Shown here piece by piece: positions 34,038-46,725 of a stretch of DNA of 64,000 nucleotides. How positions within the stretch are numbered: the first letter of the stretch is position 1; each line of letters starts with the position of its first letter. Origin of the DNA: Scenedesmus sp. PABB004 (lineage: Eukaryota); assembly GCA_014905635.1 (NCBI GenBank), contig JABVCE010000002.1:1178001-1242000 (forward strand), in the 5' to 3' direction. Below the pieces are notes generated by a model that was not told the DNA's origin, ran no database searches, and saw nothing but the letters and a program-made list of their open reading frames with translations. Made by a program: the position numbers and the translations under genes.

Positions 34038-34906
34038 AGCGCCGCTGGGCTGCAGGCGCAGCTGGCAGCGCTGCTCACGCAGCGGCAGCAGCAGCAGCAG
34101 GCGCAGCAACGGCAGCCGGCGCAGCAACAGCAGGCGCAGCGGGTGCAGCCGGCGCAGCAGGCGCAGGAGCAGCACACGCCCGCGGCCACCGCGGCTGCGG
34201 TGGCGGAGCTGGCGCGCGTTGCGGTTGCGCTGCGAGCAGCGCAGCAGGCGGCGGCCGCGCCGCCGGCAGCGTCCCCAGCGGCAGCAGCGGCTGCCGCCGA
34301 GGCCGCGGTGCCCACGGACGGCCTGTCCGCGCTGCAGCAGACGCTGTCCAGCATCAGGGCGGCGGTCGGGCTGGACGCCAGCACGCCGCCGGCCGCGGCG
34401 GCCCCCCAGCCGCCGCAGCGGGCCAGGCGGCCGCGCTGGCGGCCGCGCTGGCGGGCTCGGCGCACGGCCTGGAGGGCGGCGAGCTGCCGGCGGCCAAGCG
34501 CGCCAAGCTCGGCGGCGCGGCCGACGCGGCGGCGGCGGCGGGCGAGGCAGCGGGCGACGCGCTCGCGCTGGCGGCGGCCGCCGGCGAGGCCGCTGCGGTC
34601 GCGGCCGCGGCGGCCGAGGCGGGCCAGGCCGCCGAGGTCGCGGCTGCGGCGGCGGCCGAGGCCGACGCCGCTGCCGCCGCCGCGACGCTGAGCCACGCCA
34701 TCCTGGCGGCGCAGCACCAGATGGAGGAGCGCCTGCACGAAGCGGAGGCGGCAGCAGGCGCAGGCGGCGGCGGTGCGGCGCATGGCGCTGCAGGTGCGCC
34801 GCCGCCGGGCGCCGAGCCCCCGCGGCCAATGGACGTGGACGCCGCCGCCGTCGACGCGGCGGTGGCGGCGGCGGCGGCCATCGCGGCAGCAGCGGAGCCG
34901 GCGTAG
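28326..34906 (+). CDS. Large SANT/Myb-domain nuclear corepressor (NCoR/SMRT/Snt1/POWERDRESS-like)
   Basis: SANT1 WTPDERRTFMERFLQFPKNFRAIASYLPHRTAAECVVFFYKHQK matches the NCoR DAD pattern. SANT WSDAERGAFLARFRAVGRDWARLAEALPGRSTAQVRAYY. RS/RG-rich N-terminus, coiled coil, Q/A-rich tail. Two apparent frameshifts near 33170 and 34408. Confidence 0.85.
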
Positions 34907-35325
34907 GCCGTGTGTACAGCAGGCGTGCGGGCACACGGTGGGCAGGGTTGAGGCTGGGGCGCAGCGTGCGGGCGGGTGTCGAGACTGGCCTTGACTGTTA
35001 CTCAGCACAACCGATCGGCGCCCAGCAGTGGCAGTGCCTGGCCCACACTGTGCAGTCCGGTCTGGGCGGCGCGCTCGCGCAAAAATCCGCGGCAGCGCCG
35101 TCGAGGCGGCGACTGCCCGGCCGGCTGCGCGCCGCCGGCGCGCCAGCGAGTGCAGTTTGTCCGCAGCAGCCGACCCCCGGCTGCTGACCCCCCCCCCCCC
35201 CTCCCTTCCCTGCCCCCGCCGGCCGGGCTGCACGCAGCCAGCCACGGCCGGGCCCCGCCCACGCGGCCGCGCCCGCGGCGCTGCCCGCGCAGCAGCGCCG
35301 CCCGCCACGCGCGCCGCGCGCCACG

Positions 35326-38300
35326 TCACGCGCTCTCCCAGCCGGCCTGCAGGAAGCGCACGTCGACGAAGCTCGGCGCGCAGCGCGTGAGCGCCTGCTT
35401 GACCGCCGGCTCTGCGGGCTTGCCCGTCTCAAACTGGATCATGTCCGCCATGTCTGTCGCGGGCGACTCCGTGGCCCAGTTGAAGGGGATGAGCGCAAAG
35501 CCGAGCATGTTGCCCGTCGTCGTCGTGACGGGCGCGTCCTCCGAGGTGGGGACGTGGTAGAGCCCGGAGTTGACCCAGACCACGACGTCGGCCCCGCGCA
35601 GGCGCTCGCCGTCGACGTAGTCGGTCAGCGAGGTCGAGGGGTTGGAGAGGCGCGCCTGGCCGTAGATGCTGCTGCTGTGCGCCTCGTCGTCCTTGTGCCG
35701 CGTCGCGGCAAAGCTGTACTTCATAAACCCTGGCGGGGGAGGCGCCAGGGGCCACGGGGAGAGGGGGGGGGCATCAGGGGTGGAGCGGCGCGCCGGCGCG
35801 TCGGCAAGGAACCGCCAGCGGGGCGCGCGGCGCGCGCGGCGCGCGGCGCGCGCACCGAGGGCCTTGCTGCGGTCGTAGCCGGGCGGCTCGAGGTTGAGCA
35901 GCGGGCGGTTGAGCTGGACCTTGTACCCGCGCGGGCTGCCGAAGGCGTTGAGCTTGGCCTCGTTGACCACGACCGGCAGGCGCGGGGCCATCATGTCGGC
36001 CACGTAGCTCGCGTCGTTCTCCGTCTCGGCCAGCGCCGCCTCGTACTTGTTCACATAGATCTTGCCGCCAGCGCCGTCGTCCGCCTCGCCCACCTGCGCG
36101 CGGCCGCGCGGTCGCGGTCGCGCGGCGCGGCGCGGCGCGTGCGCGTGCGCGTGCGCGTGCGAGGCGCGCCGCGGCGGCGGCGCGCGCCAAAACACCCCCC
36201 CCCCCCCCAGCCCCCTTGAGCCTCCCCCTTGAGCAGGCGCGCGAGCAGGCGTGCGCGCGCCTTCATGTGATGAATGTTGACGCTGTTGGCGGTGCCGCCG
36301 ATGTCGAGGTCTGCCTTCCACGCGAGCACGTGCGTGTGCAGCGTGCCGCTGATGTTGTACATGAGCGGGTAGCCAAAGGTGTTGCGGTAGCCCTTCTGGA
36401 ACGCGGCCGCCTGCACGTACCTGCGGGGGGCGGGCGCGCGGGCGGGCGCAGACGGGCGCGCGCGCGGGCGGCGGCTCGGGCGGCGGCTCCACGGCGGAAA
36501 ACGACAGCCCCCGCCCCCTGCCCGCAGGACGCCCCGCGCCGGCGCGGCCGCCGAGGCCGCCGCCGCCGCGCGGGCGCGCGCCGCACCCCGAGGTCACGAC
36601 CCTGACTTCGAGCATGCCGTCGACTGAGAGTATGAGGTCTGCGACGTAGTCGTAGTTGTTTATCTCACTGATCATGCGCACGACCAGGGTGGCGCCCGGC
36701 ACGGCGCCGTAAAAGTTGTAGGAGTAGGAGTAGTGTCGCAGCGCCGGCGTCTCGGGGTTGTGCTCGAACACGCAGATCGCGTTGCGGTGCACGTTGACCT
36801 TGCTCGCGCCCTTGAAGAAGGTTGCCGCGTCCATGTAGGCCGCCGTCATCGGGCAGTCCACGCCCTGCACGAGCTCGCGCACGCTCGCGCCGACGCCCCA
36901 GTGGGAGTCGAGGTACACCGTGTTGGCCTGGGACAGGTCGGACGCGCCGTACGCTGCGCGGCGCGGCGCGCGGGGCGCGGGGCAGGAGGGCGGCGCGGGG
37001 TCAGCCGCGCGGGGCCGGCGGCGGGTGTGGGCGCGCGGGCGCGGCTGAGTGCGGCTGCGGCGGCTCGGCGCGCGGCTGTGGCTGCGGCTGCGGCTGTGGC
37101 TGCGGCTGCGGCTGCGGCGGGTGCGCCGGCGCGCTCACAGGCCATTGCCTCCTGCATGCTGATCTCGTACGCGATGCGCTCGCCCTTGAAGCGCACGTCC
37201 CAGTAGCGCGGGCCGTAGTGGGGCAGGTAGCCCACGTACAGCTGCCAGCCCAGCCAGCTCACGCGGTTGTTCTGGCCGATCGTGAACCTGGGCCAGGGTG
37301 CAGGGGCGGGAGGGGAGTTAACCGGGGGAGGGGAGTGGGGTGAGGCAGGCGGCGCGGAGAGGCGGCGGGGCTGAGCGGGGCGGCGGCGGGCCGAGGGCGT
37401 GCGGCGCGCGGCGCGCACCGCCGGCCGTAGGGCTCGTACGCGGTCGGCCCGACGGGCTGCGCCTCGCCGCGCTTGGGCCCGGGGCGGGGCTGGAAGTTGG
37501 AGTACAGCTTGGCCGCGCCCTCTGGCGGGGGCGTGGAGGCGCGGCGAGGCGTGCAGCGCGTGGGCCCGTGAGCCGCGCCGGCAGGCCGCCGTGCGGCGCG
37601 CGCGCCGCTCGATAGGCAAAAGAGCGCGCACCCGGCTTGAGCAGCCTGAACCCGGTGCGCAGGCCGCCCTTGTTGGTGTTCCACGCGGTGATAAGCTCCT
37701 GGATCGAGTCAAACCACTCGCCCGCAAACCACCACCGCGTGACCTCCCACGTGCTCAGGTCGTCCTCTGCGGCGCGGGAGGGGACGCCCGCGCGGCGGCG
37801 GTCAGCGCGCGCGCGCCGCACGGGGCCTGCGCTGCACCACCCCCGCCCCGCCGCCCGCTTGCTGCCCGAGCCTCACTCTTGCCGGCGACGAGGATCTGCA
37901 GCGGCAGCGGGTGGATGTAGCCGCCGTCGCCCTGGGAGGCCTCGGGCATGAAGAACCAGATGTAGATGGCGCGCTGGATGTCGGTGTTGAGGTACTGCGC
38001 GCGCCGCCGCGGCGGGCGCGTGCGCACGCGCGCGAGCGTCAGCGCCCGCGGCGCGCCGCCCGCTGCGGGCCCCCGCGAGTGTGCAACCAACACGACGCGG
38101 CCCGCGAGCGCGGCGGCGCGCGCGGCCGCCGACCTGGTAGGCGCCGTAGTTGTCGCCGATGCACTTTGGCTCGCAGCCGTCGCCGTAGCTGTAGCCGTTG
38201 AAGGCGGCGCGCAGGAACTGGTTGAGCGGCTCAAAGACCTTCAGGATCGCGATCACCTGCCTGCGCGCCGTGTGTGCGTGTGCGTGCGTGTGTGTGTGTA

Positions 38301-39532
38301 CGTGTGTGTGTGGGGGGGGGGGGGGGCGTGGAGACGCGGGCGGGAGGGCGGGCCGCCGCCGCGGTGTGGGCAGGGGCAGGCGGCCTGGCAGGCGGGCGCG
38401 CCCGCGCGGGGCGCACCCGACTTGGTCCATGACGCCGTGGGGGCGCTGGTTGTAGGGCACCTCCTTCCACTTGCTGCTGTGCACGTTGACCGCCTCCAGC
38501 CCGCTCGCGACGGGCAGGCCGTCGGCGCCGCCGGGCGTGAGGGTGACAAGCACCTCGCGCACGGTCGGCGGCGTGCGCTTGCCCAGCACCAGGATCGCGC
38601 GCGCCTTGCGCGGCGGCCGCGGCGCGCCCTTGTCGATGTGCGCCAGCACCTCTGCCTTGGGCGGGATCTGCGGCGCACGCGGCGCGCGCGGGGCGGGCCC
38701 CCGCTGACCGGGGCGCACGCGATGGCGCCCTGCCGCGCTGGGCGCCCTCGCCGGCCCCTCGTCCTGCTCTAGCTCCTCTGCCGCCGCCGCAGCGCTGCGG
38801 CGGCCGCTCCGTTGCGCGCACCTCGTACCAGATGCCGTGCACGTAGTTCACGCGCACGCTGTCCAGCGTGATCTGCGCCTTGGTGATGTCCACCAGGCCG
38901 AGCTCCGGCTGCGCGAGCAGAAACTTGAACACTGCGCGCGGCGCCGGGCGGCGGCGGCGCCGGGCGGCGGCGTCGGGGGCTGGTGGCGCTGCCGCCGCCG
39001 CCGGGCCAGCGCCGCCGCTGCCGCCGCTGCTGCGGCCGCCGCTGCCGTCGGGCGCGGCGTGGCGGCGTCACCTGCATTGTACTCGTTGATCGTGAGCTCG
39101 GAGAACACGCCCGTCGGCGCGCGCGCCCGCTCCACCGCAGTGATGCCCTGGCCCACGGCGGAGGGGCCCCACTGCGGGCAGGCTGCGGCGCGGCGGCGCC
39201 GCAGTGGCAGCGGAGCGCGCGCGGTGGGCGCTGGCGCGGCCGGCAGCGTCGCGCGCCGGCTGCAGCGGCCCGGCCGACCGAGCAAGCACGGCAGCCGGCG
39301 TTGCCGCATTGAATGCCGCCCCGGGGCGGGGCACGGCGCGGCGCGAGCTCAACCGTCTCGCAGCAGCAGCCGCCCGGTGTCCCGCGCCGTCCGCCGCGCA
39401 GCGCTGCTGCCGCGCAGCCCCCGGCATACGACGGACCGGGCGCGCGCGCCACGCACCTTGGGGCGCCGCCAGGGGCAGCCAGGCCGCCAGCGCCAGGCAG
39501 ACCGCCACTCCAGCCCGCCACCCCGCGCGCAT
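35326..39532 (-). CDS. Secreted copper-containing (TPQ) amine oxidase
   Basis: Signal peptide MRAGWRAGVAVCLALAAWLPLA, FSELTINE, WDVRFKGERIAYEISMQEA, GVDCP, INNYDY (TPQ Tyr), LHTH and HVPTSED (Cu ligands). Confidence 0.95.
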
Positions 39533-39844
39533 GGCTGCGCGTCCGTGCCGGCAGGGCCGTCCAGCGGCCTACTCAGCCTAATCGGATTGCGCCCGCGAGT
39601 GGCGACGCGGCGGCGGCTGCCGGCCGTGCTGCCAGCCAGCAGCAGCTGCGGCTCACGAGCGAGCGCTGAGCCCCGGCGGAGTGAGATGGGCTGCGGAGGG
39701 CGTGCCGAGAGATCGAGCCCAGTGGCGTCGGATCCATGGATCAGGCTGCGAGCTGACCTCACCGCTCTCGAGCCTGGCGCGCGTCGCGACGACCGGCCGT
39801 GGCTCACGCAGCGCCGCCGCGCGGACCACGCCCGGTTTGTGAGC

Positions 39845-39849
39845 TTACA
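39845..39849 (-). promoter_or_regulatory. Candidate TGTAA polyadenylation signal for the 40239-41844 gene
   Basis: ttaca on the + strand about 390 bp downstream of the stop. Confidence 0.4.
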
Positions 39850-40238
39850 AGCTTGCAGCCTCCTCAGGCATCCTCGTAATCAAAAGCGGTGCACAAAGGC
39901 AGCGACACGGCCAGCGGCCACGATCACGGCAGGCATCAGGCGCAGTGCAATGCAAAGTTCACGATGCTGATCGAGACCCATCGTCTGGGAGAGCCGCGGC
40001 CACGAGGCGCGGCAGCAGGGCTCGAGGCGACAAGCTAGCGAGGCAGTGGGTGGTGTGGTGCAGTGCCGGTGGCCAGCAGTCGCGCGGCCGTGCTCTCATC
40101 CAGTGCTGCCCACCCGCAGTTCGGGGCGCAACGCGCGCGCGCCGACAGCCCGCGTTCCGAGGCAAAGGCTGGCAGCCCCGCTGCGCATCAGGCAGCCCCG
40201 CATCCTGCCGCCTAGCCCCCAAAAAAGGCGCCCGAGGT

Positions 40239-41844
40239 TCACGGGCTGGGCGACGACTCCGCGTCCTCGGGCTCGGGGCTTGGGCTGGGGCGCACGGGGC
40301 GCCCCGGCTTGGGGCCGGCGCCGCCGGGCGCGACGCAGCCGCCCGCGACCGCCTGCCAGCCGAGGGCGCTGCTGCACGCGATCGTGGCGCCCCGCCCCCG
40401 GAACCCGGGCTTGCAGCGCGCCGCGCAGCGGCGCTTGCCGCGGCAGGAGAGGGGGAAGGCCATGCCCGGGAAGTCTGCCAGCGGCAGCTTCATGCAGCTG
40501 TTCCCCGTGGGGCACGGCGGCGGGGGGAGCGTCGTGCCGCCGCCGTCCTGCGCGCAGCGGGGAGGGTGGGCCGGGGGCGTGGAGCGCGAGGCGGGTCAAC
40601 GTGCCGGCACACGCGCAAGCGCGCGCGCGCGCGCGCGTGCTGCCCCGGCGCCCTCGGCTGCCCGTCGCGGCTGCCGCGCACCTCGCCGTCCTCGTTCTCG
40701 TCGTCGCTGCCGTCCTCGCCGTCCTCCTCGCCGTCGTCCTCGCCGCCGTCGCTGGCCGCCGCCGCGGCGCGGCCCGGCCTCTTCTTGTCCTCGCACGTGG
40801 GCTTGCTCTCGTGGTCCAGGAAGCACGCCTTGCCCTGTGCCCGCGGCGAGGGTGCGTGAGCCGCGGGCGCAAGCTGCGCCGCGAGCGCGCGCGAGCCGCG
40901 CGGCCGCGCTGGGCGCCCGCGCCGCGCACCCTGGGCACGGGGATGCAGCTCTCGGCGCCGGCGGCGTTAAAGAAACAAAACTTGCCGGCCGGCGAGTTGG
41001 GCAGGCCGCCGGGCGCGCCGCCGGCGCAGGTCGGCGGCGCGGGCGACGTTCCCGGCTCGGGCGACGGCACGGGCGTGCCCGCGCACGCAGCCTGGAAGCA
41101 CGCCGCGTCCACGGGGAACGTCACGCTCGCGGTCTGAAACTGCGCCTGCATCCCCGTCGCGTACGTGAGGCGCACGGCCACCCCGCTGCGGCCCGCGAGG
41201 TCGGCGCAGGCCAGCGCGAGCGTCTGCGTCCACGTGCCGTTGAGCCCCTCGGACGCGAAGCGGTTCGGGCTGCGGCGGCGGGGGCGGCTGTGAGGTGGGG
41301 CGCGAGCGCTGCCGCCGCGCCTTGGGTGCCGAGCGCCGCCGAGCGCCCGCACCAGCTGCCGCCGCTGTTGGGGTCGAGCGTGCCCGCGCTGGAGGTCACA
41401 TAGATGTGCCCCTCATCGCCGTTGGGCAGCAGCTCGGTCAGGATGTACGTGCCGGCGCAGACCGTAGCGGTGACGCCGCCGTCGGCGCCGGTGAGCGTGA
41501 ACGTGATGGCGCTGCGGGCGCGCGGGCGAGCGAGCTGCGTGGTGCTGGCCACGATGCGCCCAGCAAAGCGCTCCCGCGCGGAGGCGCTCGCCGCCAGGCT
41601 GGGCATCCGGAACTCCGCTGGCGGTGTTCCAGTCCACCGCGCCCCAGCCGCTGCAGCGCCTGCGGCCGCGCCCGGACGACCCCAAGACCGCCCTGCACCT
41701 GTCAGCCGGCGCAGCGTGGCCGCCATAACCTTGTGCCGGGTGCTCGGTGCAAGTGCGCGCTTTCCTCGCCCAGCGCGACGGGTACGCCTGCACCGCGCCC
41801 GCCAGGAACGCGAGCAGGGCCAGGGCGGCACCAAAGCGGGGCAT
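40239..41844 (-). CDS. Secreted Cys/Pro-rich protein (Reeler-like N-terminus, acidic linker, C-terminal Sushi-like Cys pattern)
   Basis: Signal peptide MPRFGAALALLAFLAGAVQA-YPSRW..CTEHP..GYGGH, beta-rich middle exons, DGGEDDGEEDGED, C..C.GKRRC..RCKPGF...C...GW....GC, SPSP tail. Domain names are pattern-based only. Confidence 0.65.
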
Positions 41845-42649
41845 GGCGGCTTGCTTGCGCGGCTGTTCGTGCAAGCGCGGCCCGCGTTGGGCCTGCCGCG
41901 GTCGCGCTCGCGGCGGGGCGTGCGCACGGATCGCACGGCGCTGGCGGGAGTGCTGGGGCAGCGCTGTGGAGCGGCCGACGGCTGGGAGGCGACGATGACG
42001 ATGACGCGCGTTGGTCACCAGCCGGCCGCCTGCTCGCGTCCTCGCGTCCTCGCGCGCCCCCGCGGGCTTGCAGCGCTCACACAGACAGCGCCAGGAGGTC
42101 AAACACTCTATGGCATGGGTCAGCAAACAATCTGAGAGGGCGGGTGAATGTGGTCAACGGCAACAACGCAACGCGGGCCGCGGCCGCGCGCGGCGTGCCG
42201 CCGCCGCCGGCGGATGGCGCGCGGCCCAGGCAATCTGGCGCCGCCGCGTGCGCGCCGGCCATAATACGGCGGCGCGCGCAGCCATAACCCCTGCGCGGCG
42301 CCGCCGTGCGCGGGCGCGGCGGCGGGGCGGCCGGGGTGCCGCGACCGGCCAGCGTGCCGGTCGCGCCGCCGTCGCGCCCCCTCTCCCCTCTCCCAGTCCT
42401 GCGACCCAGTCCTGCTGGCGCCCCGCCCGCCGCGCGCCCGCTCATGTGCAGCGTCGCGCGCATCGCATCGCGCAGCTGCTCCGGGCCCCCCGCGCGCCGG
42501 CTGGCCTCTACACACACGCGCACAAAATCCCGCGCCGCTGCTGCGCCAGCACGGCCCCTGCCTGCCGTGGCGCGGGTGGTGGGGTTCCTAAACCGCCGCC
42601 GCCGCCGCCGCTGCCGCGCCCTGCCGGCGCGGGGCGCGGGCGCGCCCCC

Positions 42650-45600
42650 TCACCGCTGCGCCGCGGCGGCGCCCGTCGGCTGCGCCGCCGCCGCGGGCGT
42701 GCCCGGGCGCGACGCGCTGTCGCTGTCGGTGACCGCGAGCGGGTCGCCGTCGATCGTCGCGAGCGGCGGCGCGGCCGGCGCGGCGGCGTCGACAAAGACG
42801 ATGAGGTCGCCCGCGTCGAGCGCGTCGCCGGGCAGCACCGCGACCTGCGTGACCACGCCCGCGATGGGCGCGCAGACCGCGGTCTCCATCTTCATCGCGC
42901 TCAGCACCGCGAGCTGCTGCCCCGCGTGCACGGGCTGGCCCGGCTTGACGCCGACCTCGATGACCGCGCCCGCCATCGGCGCGCCGACGCTGCCGAGCAC
43001 GCCGACGTCGGCCTTCTCGCGCACCGCCTTTTTGCCGAGCGCCTCGGCGCTGCGCTTGTCAACGACCTCGACCACGCGCGGCACGCCGTTGGCCTCAAAG
43101 TACACCTCGCGCTTGCCGCTGTCCTGCAGCTCGCCCGCGGCCTTGAGCTTGATGTGTGTCGACACGCCCTGCGCGACGCGCGCCGCGGGCGCGCGCGCGC
43201 GCGCGGGCGGCGGCCGAGCGTGAGCGCGCGTGGGCGGCGGCGGCGGCGGCGGCCGAGGCCGTGGCGCGCGCGCGGTGCAGCGCTGGCGGCGTGCCGGTCC
43301 GCACCTTGCTGAGCTCAATCTCCACCTCCTCGTCCTCCTTGAGCGGGACCAGGAACGCGCGCGTGGGGAGCTTCTCGATGAGGTCGCTGTAGCGCAGCAC
43401 GTGCGCCTGGTACTCCTCAAACACCTGCGCGTGTGCGTGTGTGTGGGTGTGTGTGTAGGGGGGTGCGTGGGCGGCCGTGTGTGGGTGTGGGCGGGAGGAG
43501 CAAGCGGCCAGGCGCGGCGCCGCGCGGCCGTGAGAGGGCGGGCGCGGCGGGCGCGGCATTGGCGCGCCTTGGGGTAGAGCGCCGCGCTGAGCACGTCGCG
43601 GGGCGAGATGTTGCTGCGCCCGTAGCGCTCCACGAGCCGCGCCTCCAGGTTGTCCAGCTCCATCGGCGGCATCGACGCGCCGGGGCGGCCGTCGATGGTC
43701 GGCCGGCCCTGCGGGCGCGCGGCGCGGCGGGGCGGGGCGCGTCCCTCGGCGCGCGCCCGCGGCGACCCCGCGGCGACGCGCCCTGGGGCGGCGGCCGCCG
43801 CGGCGGCGCGCGGCGGCGCGCGCGCGGCGGCGCCCTGCCTTGAGCACGCGGCTGCGCAGCGGCTCGGGGAAGCCGCCCGCGGGCTGGCCGATGTAGCCCT
43901 GCATGAACTCGACCACGCTGCCGGGGAAGCTCAGCGTCTCGGCCTTCTCCACGAGGCTGACCTCGTCGAGCTCGTTCTGCACCATGAACTGCGCGAGGTC
44001 GCCGACGACCTTGCTGCTCGGCGTCACCTGCGGCGCGAGCGATTGACAAAGCGGCGGCCGAGGCCGAGCGGCGGGGGCGGCGTTGGGAGGGGCGGCGCGC
44101 GGCGCGCGAGCCGGAGGCTGGGCGGCGGCGCGGCGGCCCGCGCGCGGCGTGGTGCGGCGGCGCGGGCCGCGGGCCTCATCCATCACCTTGACGATGTCGC
44201 CGAGCGCGCGGTTGGCGGCGGCGTAGCTCTGCTGCACCTTGCCCCAGCTCTCGCCGAGGCCGAGGCTCGCGGCCTGAAACTTGAGGTTGGTGTACTGCCC
44301 GCCCGGCATCTCGTGCTGGTACACGTCGCTGCTGCTGTAGCGCATGTTGCTCTCGTACGGCGCGTACAGGTCACGCGTCATCTCCCTGCCGGGGCGCGGC
44401 GCGCGGCGGGCGCGGGCGCGGGCGGGCGGGGCGCGGGCGCGGGGCGTGAGCAGGGGCGCGCAGCGGCGCCGCAGGCGCGCGGCGCGCGGCGCCTGCGGTC
44501 AGGCGCCTGCGCGCGCTCGCGGGGCGGGGCGGGGTGGCGCGGTGGGGCGCACCAGTAGTTGGACAGCGTGAGCACGTGCCGCGGGTCGACGCCCGTGTCG
44601 AGCGGCGTGCCGGCGAGCGCGTTGACGACCGCGCCCATGCTCGGCTGGCTGGTGAGGCCGCTCATGCTGTCGATCGCGACGTCCACCATGTCGGCGCCCG
44701 CCTGCGCCGCAGCGATCTGCGTCGCCACGCCCGTGCCTGGCCGCGGCGGCGGCGCGGCGGCGCGGCCGTGGGCGCGGCGGCGGCGGGTGTGGCGGCGCGG
44801 GGGCGCGCGCGCCGGCGCGGCGCGGCCGCCCGCGCGGGCAGGCAGCCCAGCCCAGCGCGCACGCGGCCGGCCGCACCCGCGCTGTCGTGGGTGTGGACGT
44901 GGATGACGAGGTCTGGGTAGCGCTCGCGCAGCGCGCCCACGAGCGCCGTCGCGGCGCGCGGCTTGAGCAGGCCGGCCATGTCCTTGATGCCCAGCGAGTG
45001 CACGCCGTGGTCCACCAGCTGCTCCGCGAGGTCCATGTAGTAGTCGAGCGAGTACTGGCGGCGGGCAGGGGGGGGGGCAGACGGCGGTCAAATGACGGTC
45101 AAACGGCGGTCAAACGGCGGGGTCAAACGGGGAGGCAGAGGCGGGCGCGGCGGCGCGTGAGCGTGCCGGGGCGGGCAGCGCGCGCATCGTGCGCCGCCGC
45201 GCGCCGCGGGCCCCACCTTTGCGCGGCTGGGGTCGGTGAGGTCGCCGGTGTAGCAGATCGTGCCCTCCGCGATGCCGCCCGCGGCCGCGACGGCGTCAAT
45301 GCCGAAGCGCAGGTTGTCGACGTAGTTGAGCGAGTCAAAGACGCGGAAGATGTCGACGCCCGCTGCCCGCGCGGCGCGCGTGAACTCGTCGACGACGTTG
45401 TCGGGGTATGAGGTGTAGCCGACCGCGTTGGCGCCGCGCAGCAGCATCTGGATGGAGCGCGGCGCGGCGCGGGCGCGGTGAGTGGGCGAGTGGGCGCGTG
45501 GGCGCGTGGGCGTGTGGTGCGGCGTGCGCGCGGCGCGGCGGCGTGCGGCGCGGCGTGCGCGCGGCGCGGCCGGCGGCGCACCTGGAAGGGGATGTTTGGG

Positions 45601-46665
45601 ATCTGCTCGCGCAGCTGCTCCAGGCGGCGCCAGGGGCACTCGTGCAGGAAGCGGAGCGCGACGTCAAACGTCGCGCCGCCCCACATCTCGAGGCTGCCCG
45701 CGCCCGCGAGGATCGCCGCCGTCGCGGGCGCGACCTTCAGCATGTCGTGCGTGCGCATGCGCGTCGCGAGCAGCGACTGGTGCGCGTCGCGCCTGCGCGG
45801 CCGAGCGGGCGCGGGCGCGGCGGCGACGCGACGCGCGGCGGGCGCGGGCGTGGGCGTGGGCGCGGGCGTGGGCACGTGGGCGGGCGAGGGCGCGCGGCGG
45901 CGGTCCGGGGCGCGGGGCGTGGGCCCCCGGCGGCCCGCGGCGCGGCGCGGCGCGCGCTCACATGGTGGTGTCGGTGAGCAGCAGGCCCTTGTGGGCGCGC
46001 ACCGCGCGCGCCCAGCCCTCGGCGCCCTCGCGCAGGTACACCTCGCGCCAGCCGCGCGCGGCCGCGCCCTCGAGCCCCGCCGGCACGGCCGGCCGCGGCG
46101 GCGTGATCTTCGCCGGCGGCGGGCCCACCGCGCCCGGGTGGTCGGGCCCGTTGACGACCTGCCGGCGGCGGCGGCGCCGGGCGGGTCAGCGCGCACGCCG
46201 CGCGCCCCACGCGCCGCCGACGCGCGCTGGGCGACGACGCCCACGCCCCGCCCGCCCGCCCCGCCCCGCGCTCTCACACCCCCTAAACCCTGTCGCCCGC
46301 CCGCCCCGTGCCGCGTGCCCTGCCCGCAACGCCGGTGGCGCACCATGTCTGCGAGGTAGAGCAGCAGCTTGTTGGCGCGCGCGTTGGAGTGGCCCTCAAA
46401 CTTGAACAGCTCCTTGCTGTGGCTCTCAATGAACCCCGTCGTCGCCGCGCCGGCGAGGAACACGGGGTGCCGCAGCACGTTCTCCATGAAGGGTATGTTG
46501 GTCTTGATGCCGCGGATCTGTCGCGAGCGCGCGGGGGACGACGCCGGGCAGCGCCGGACGGGCAGCGCCGCGGGCCGGGCGGGGGCGGGGCGGGCGGGCG
46601 GGCGGGGCGGGCGGGGCGGGCGGGGCGGGCGGGGCGTCGGGGGGCGCGCGACGCGCGCGCAGCAC

Positions 46666-46725
<60 letters not shown>

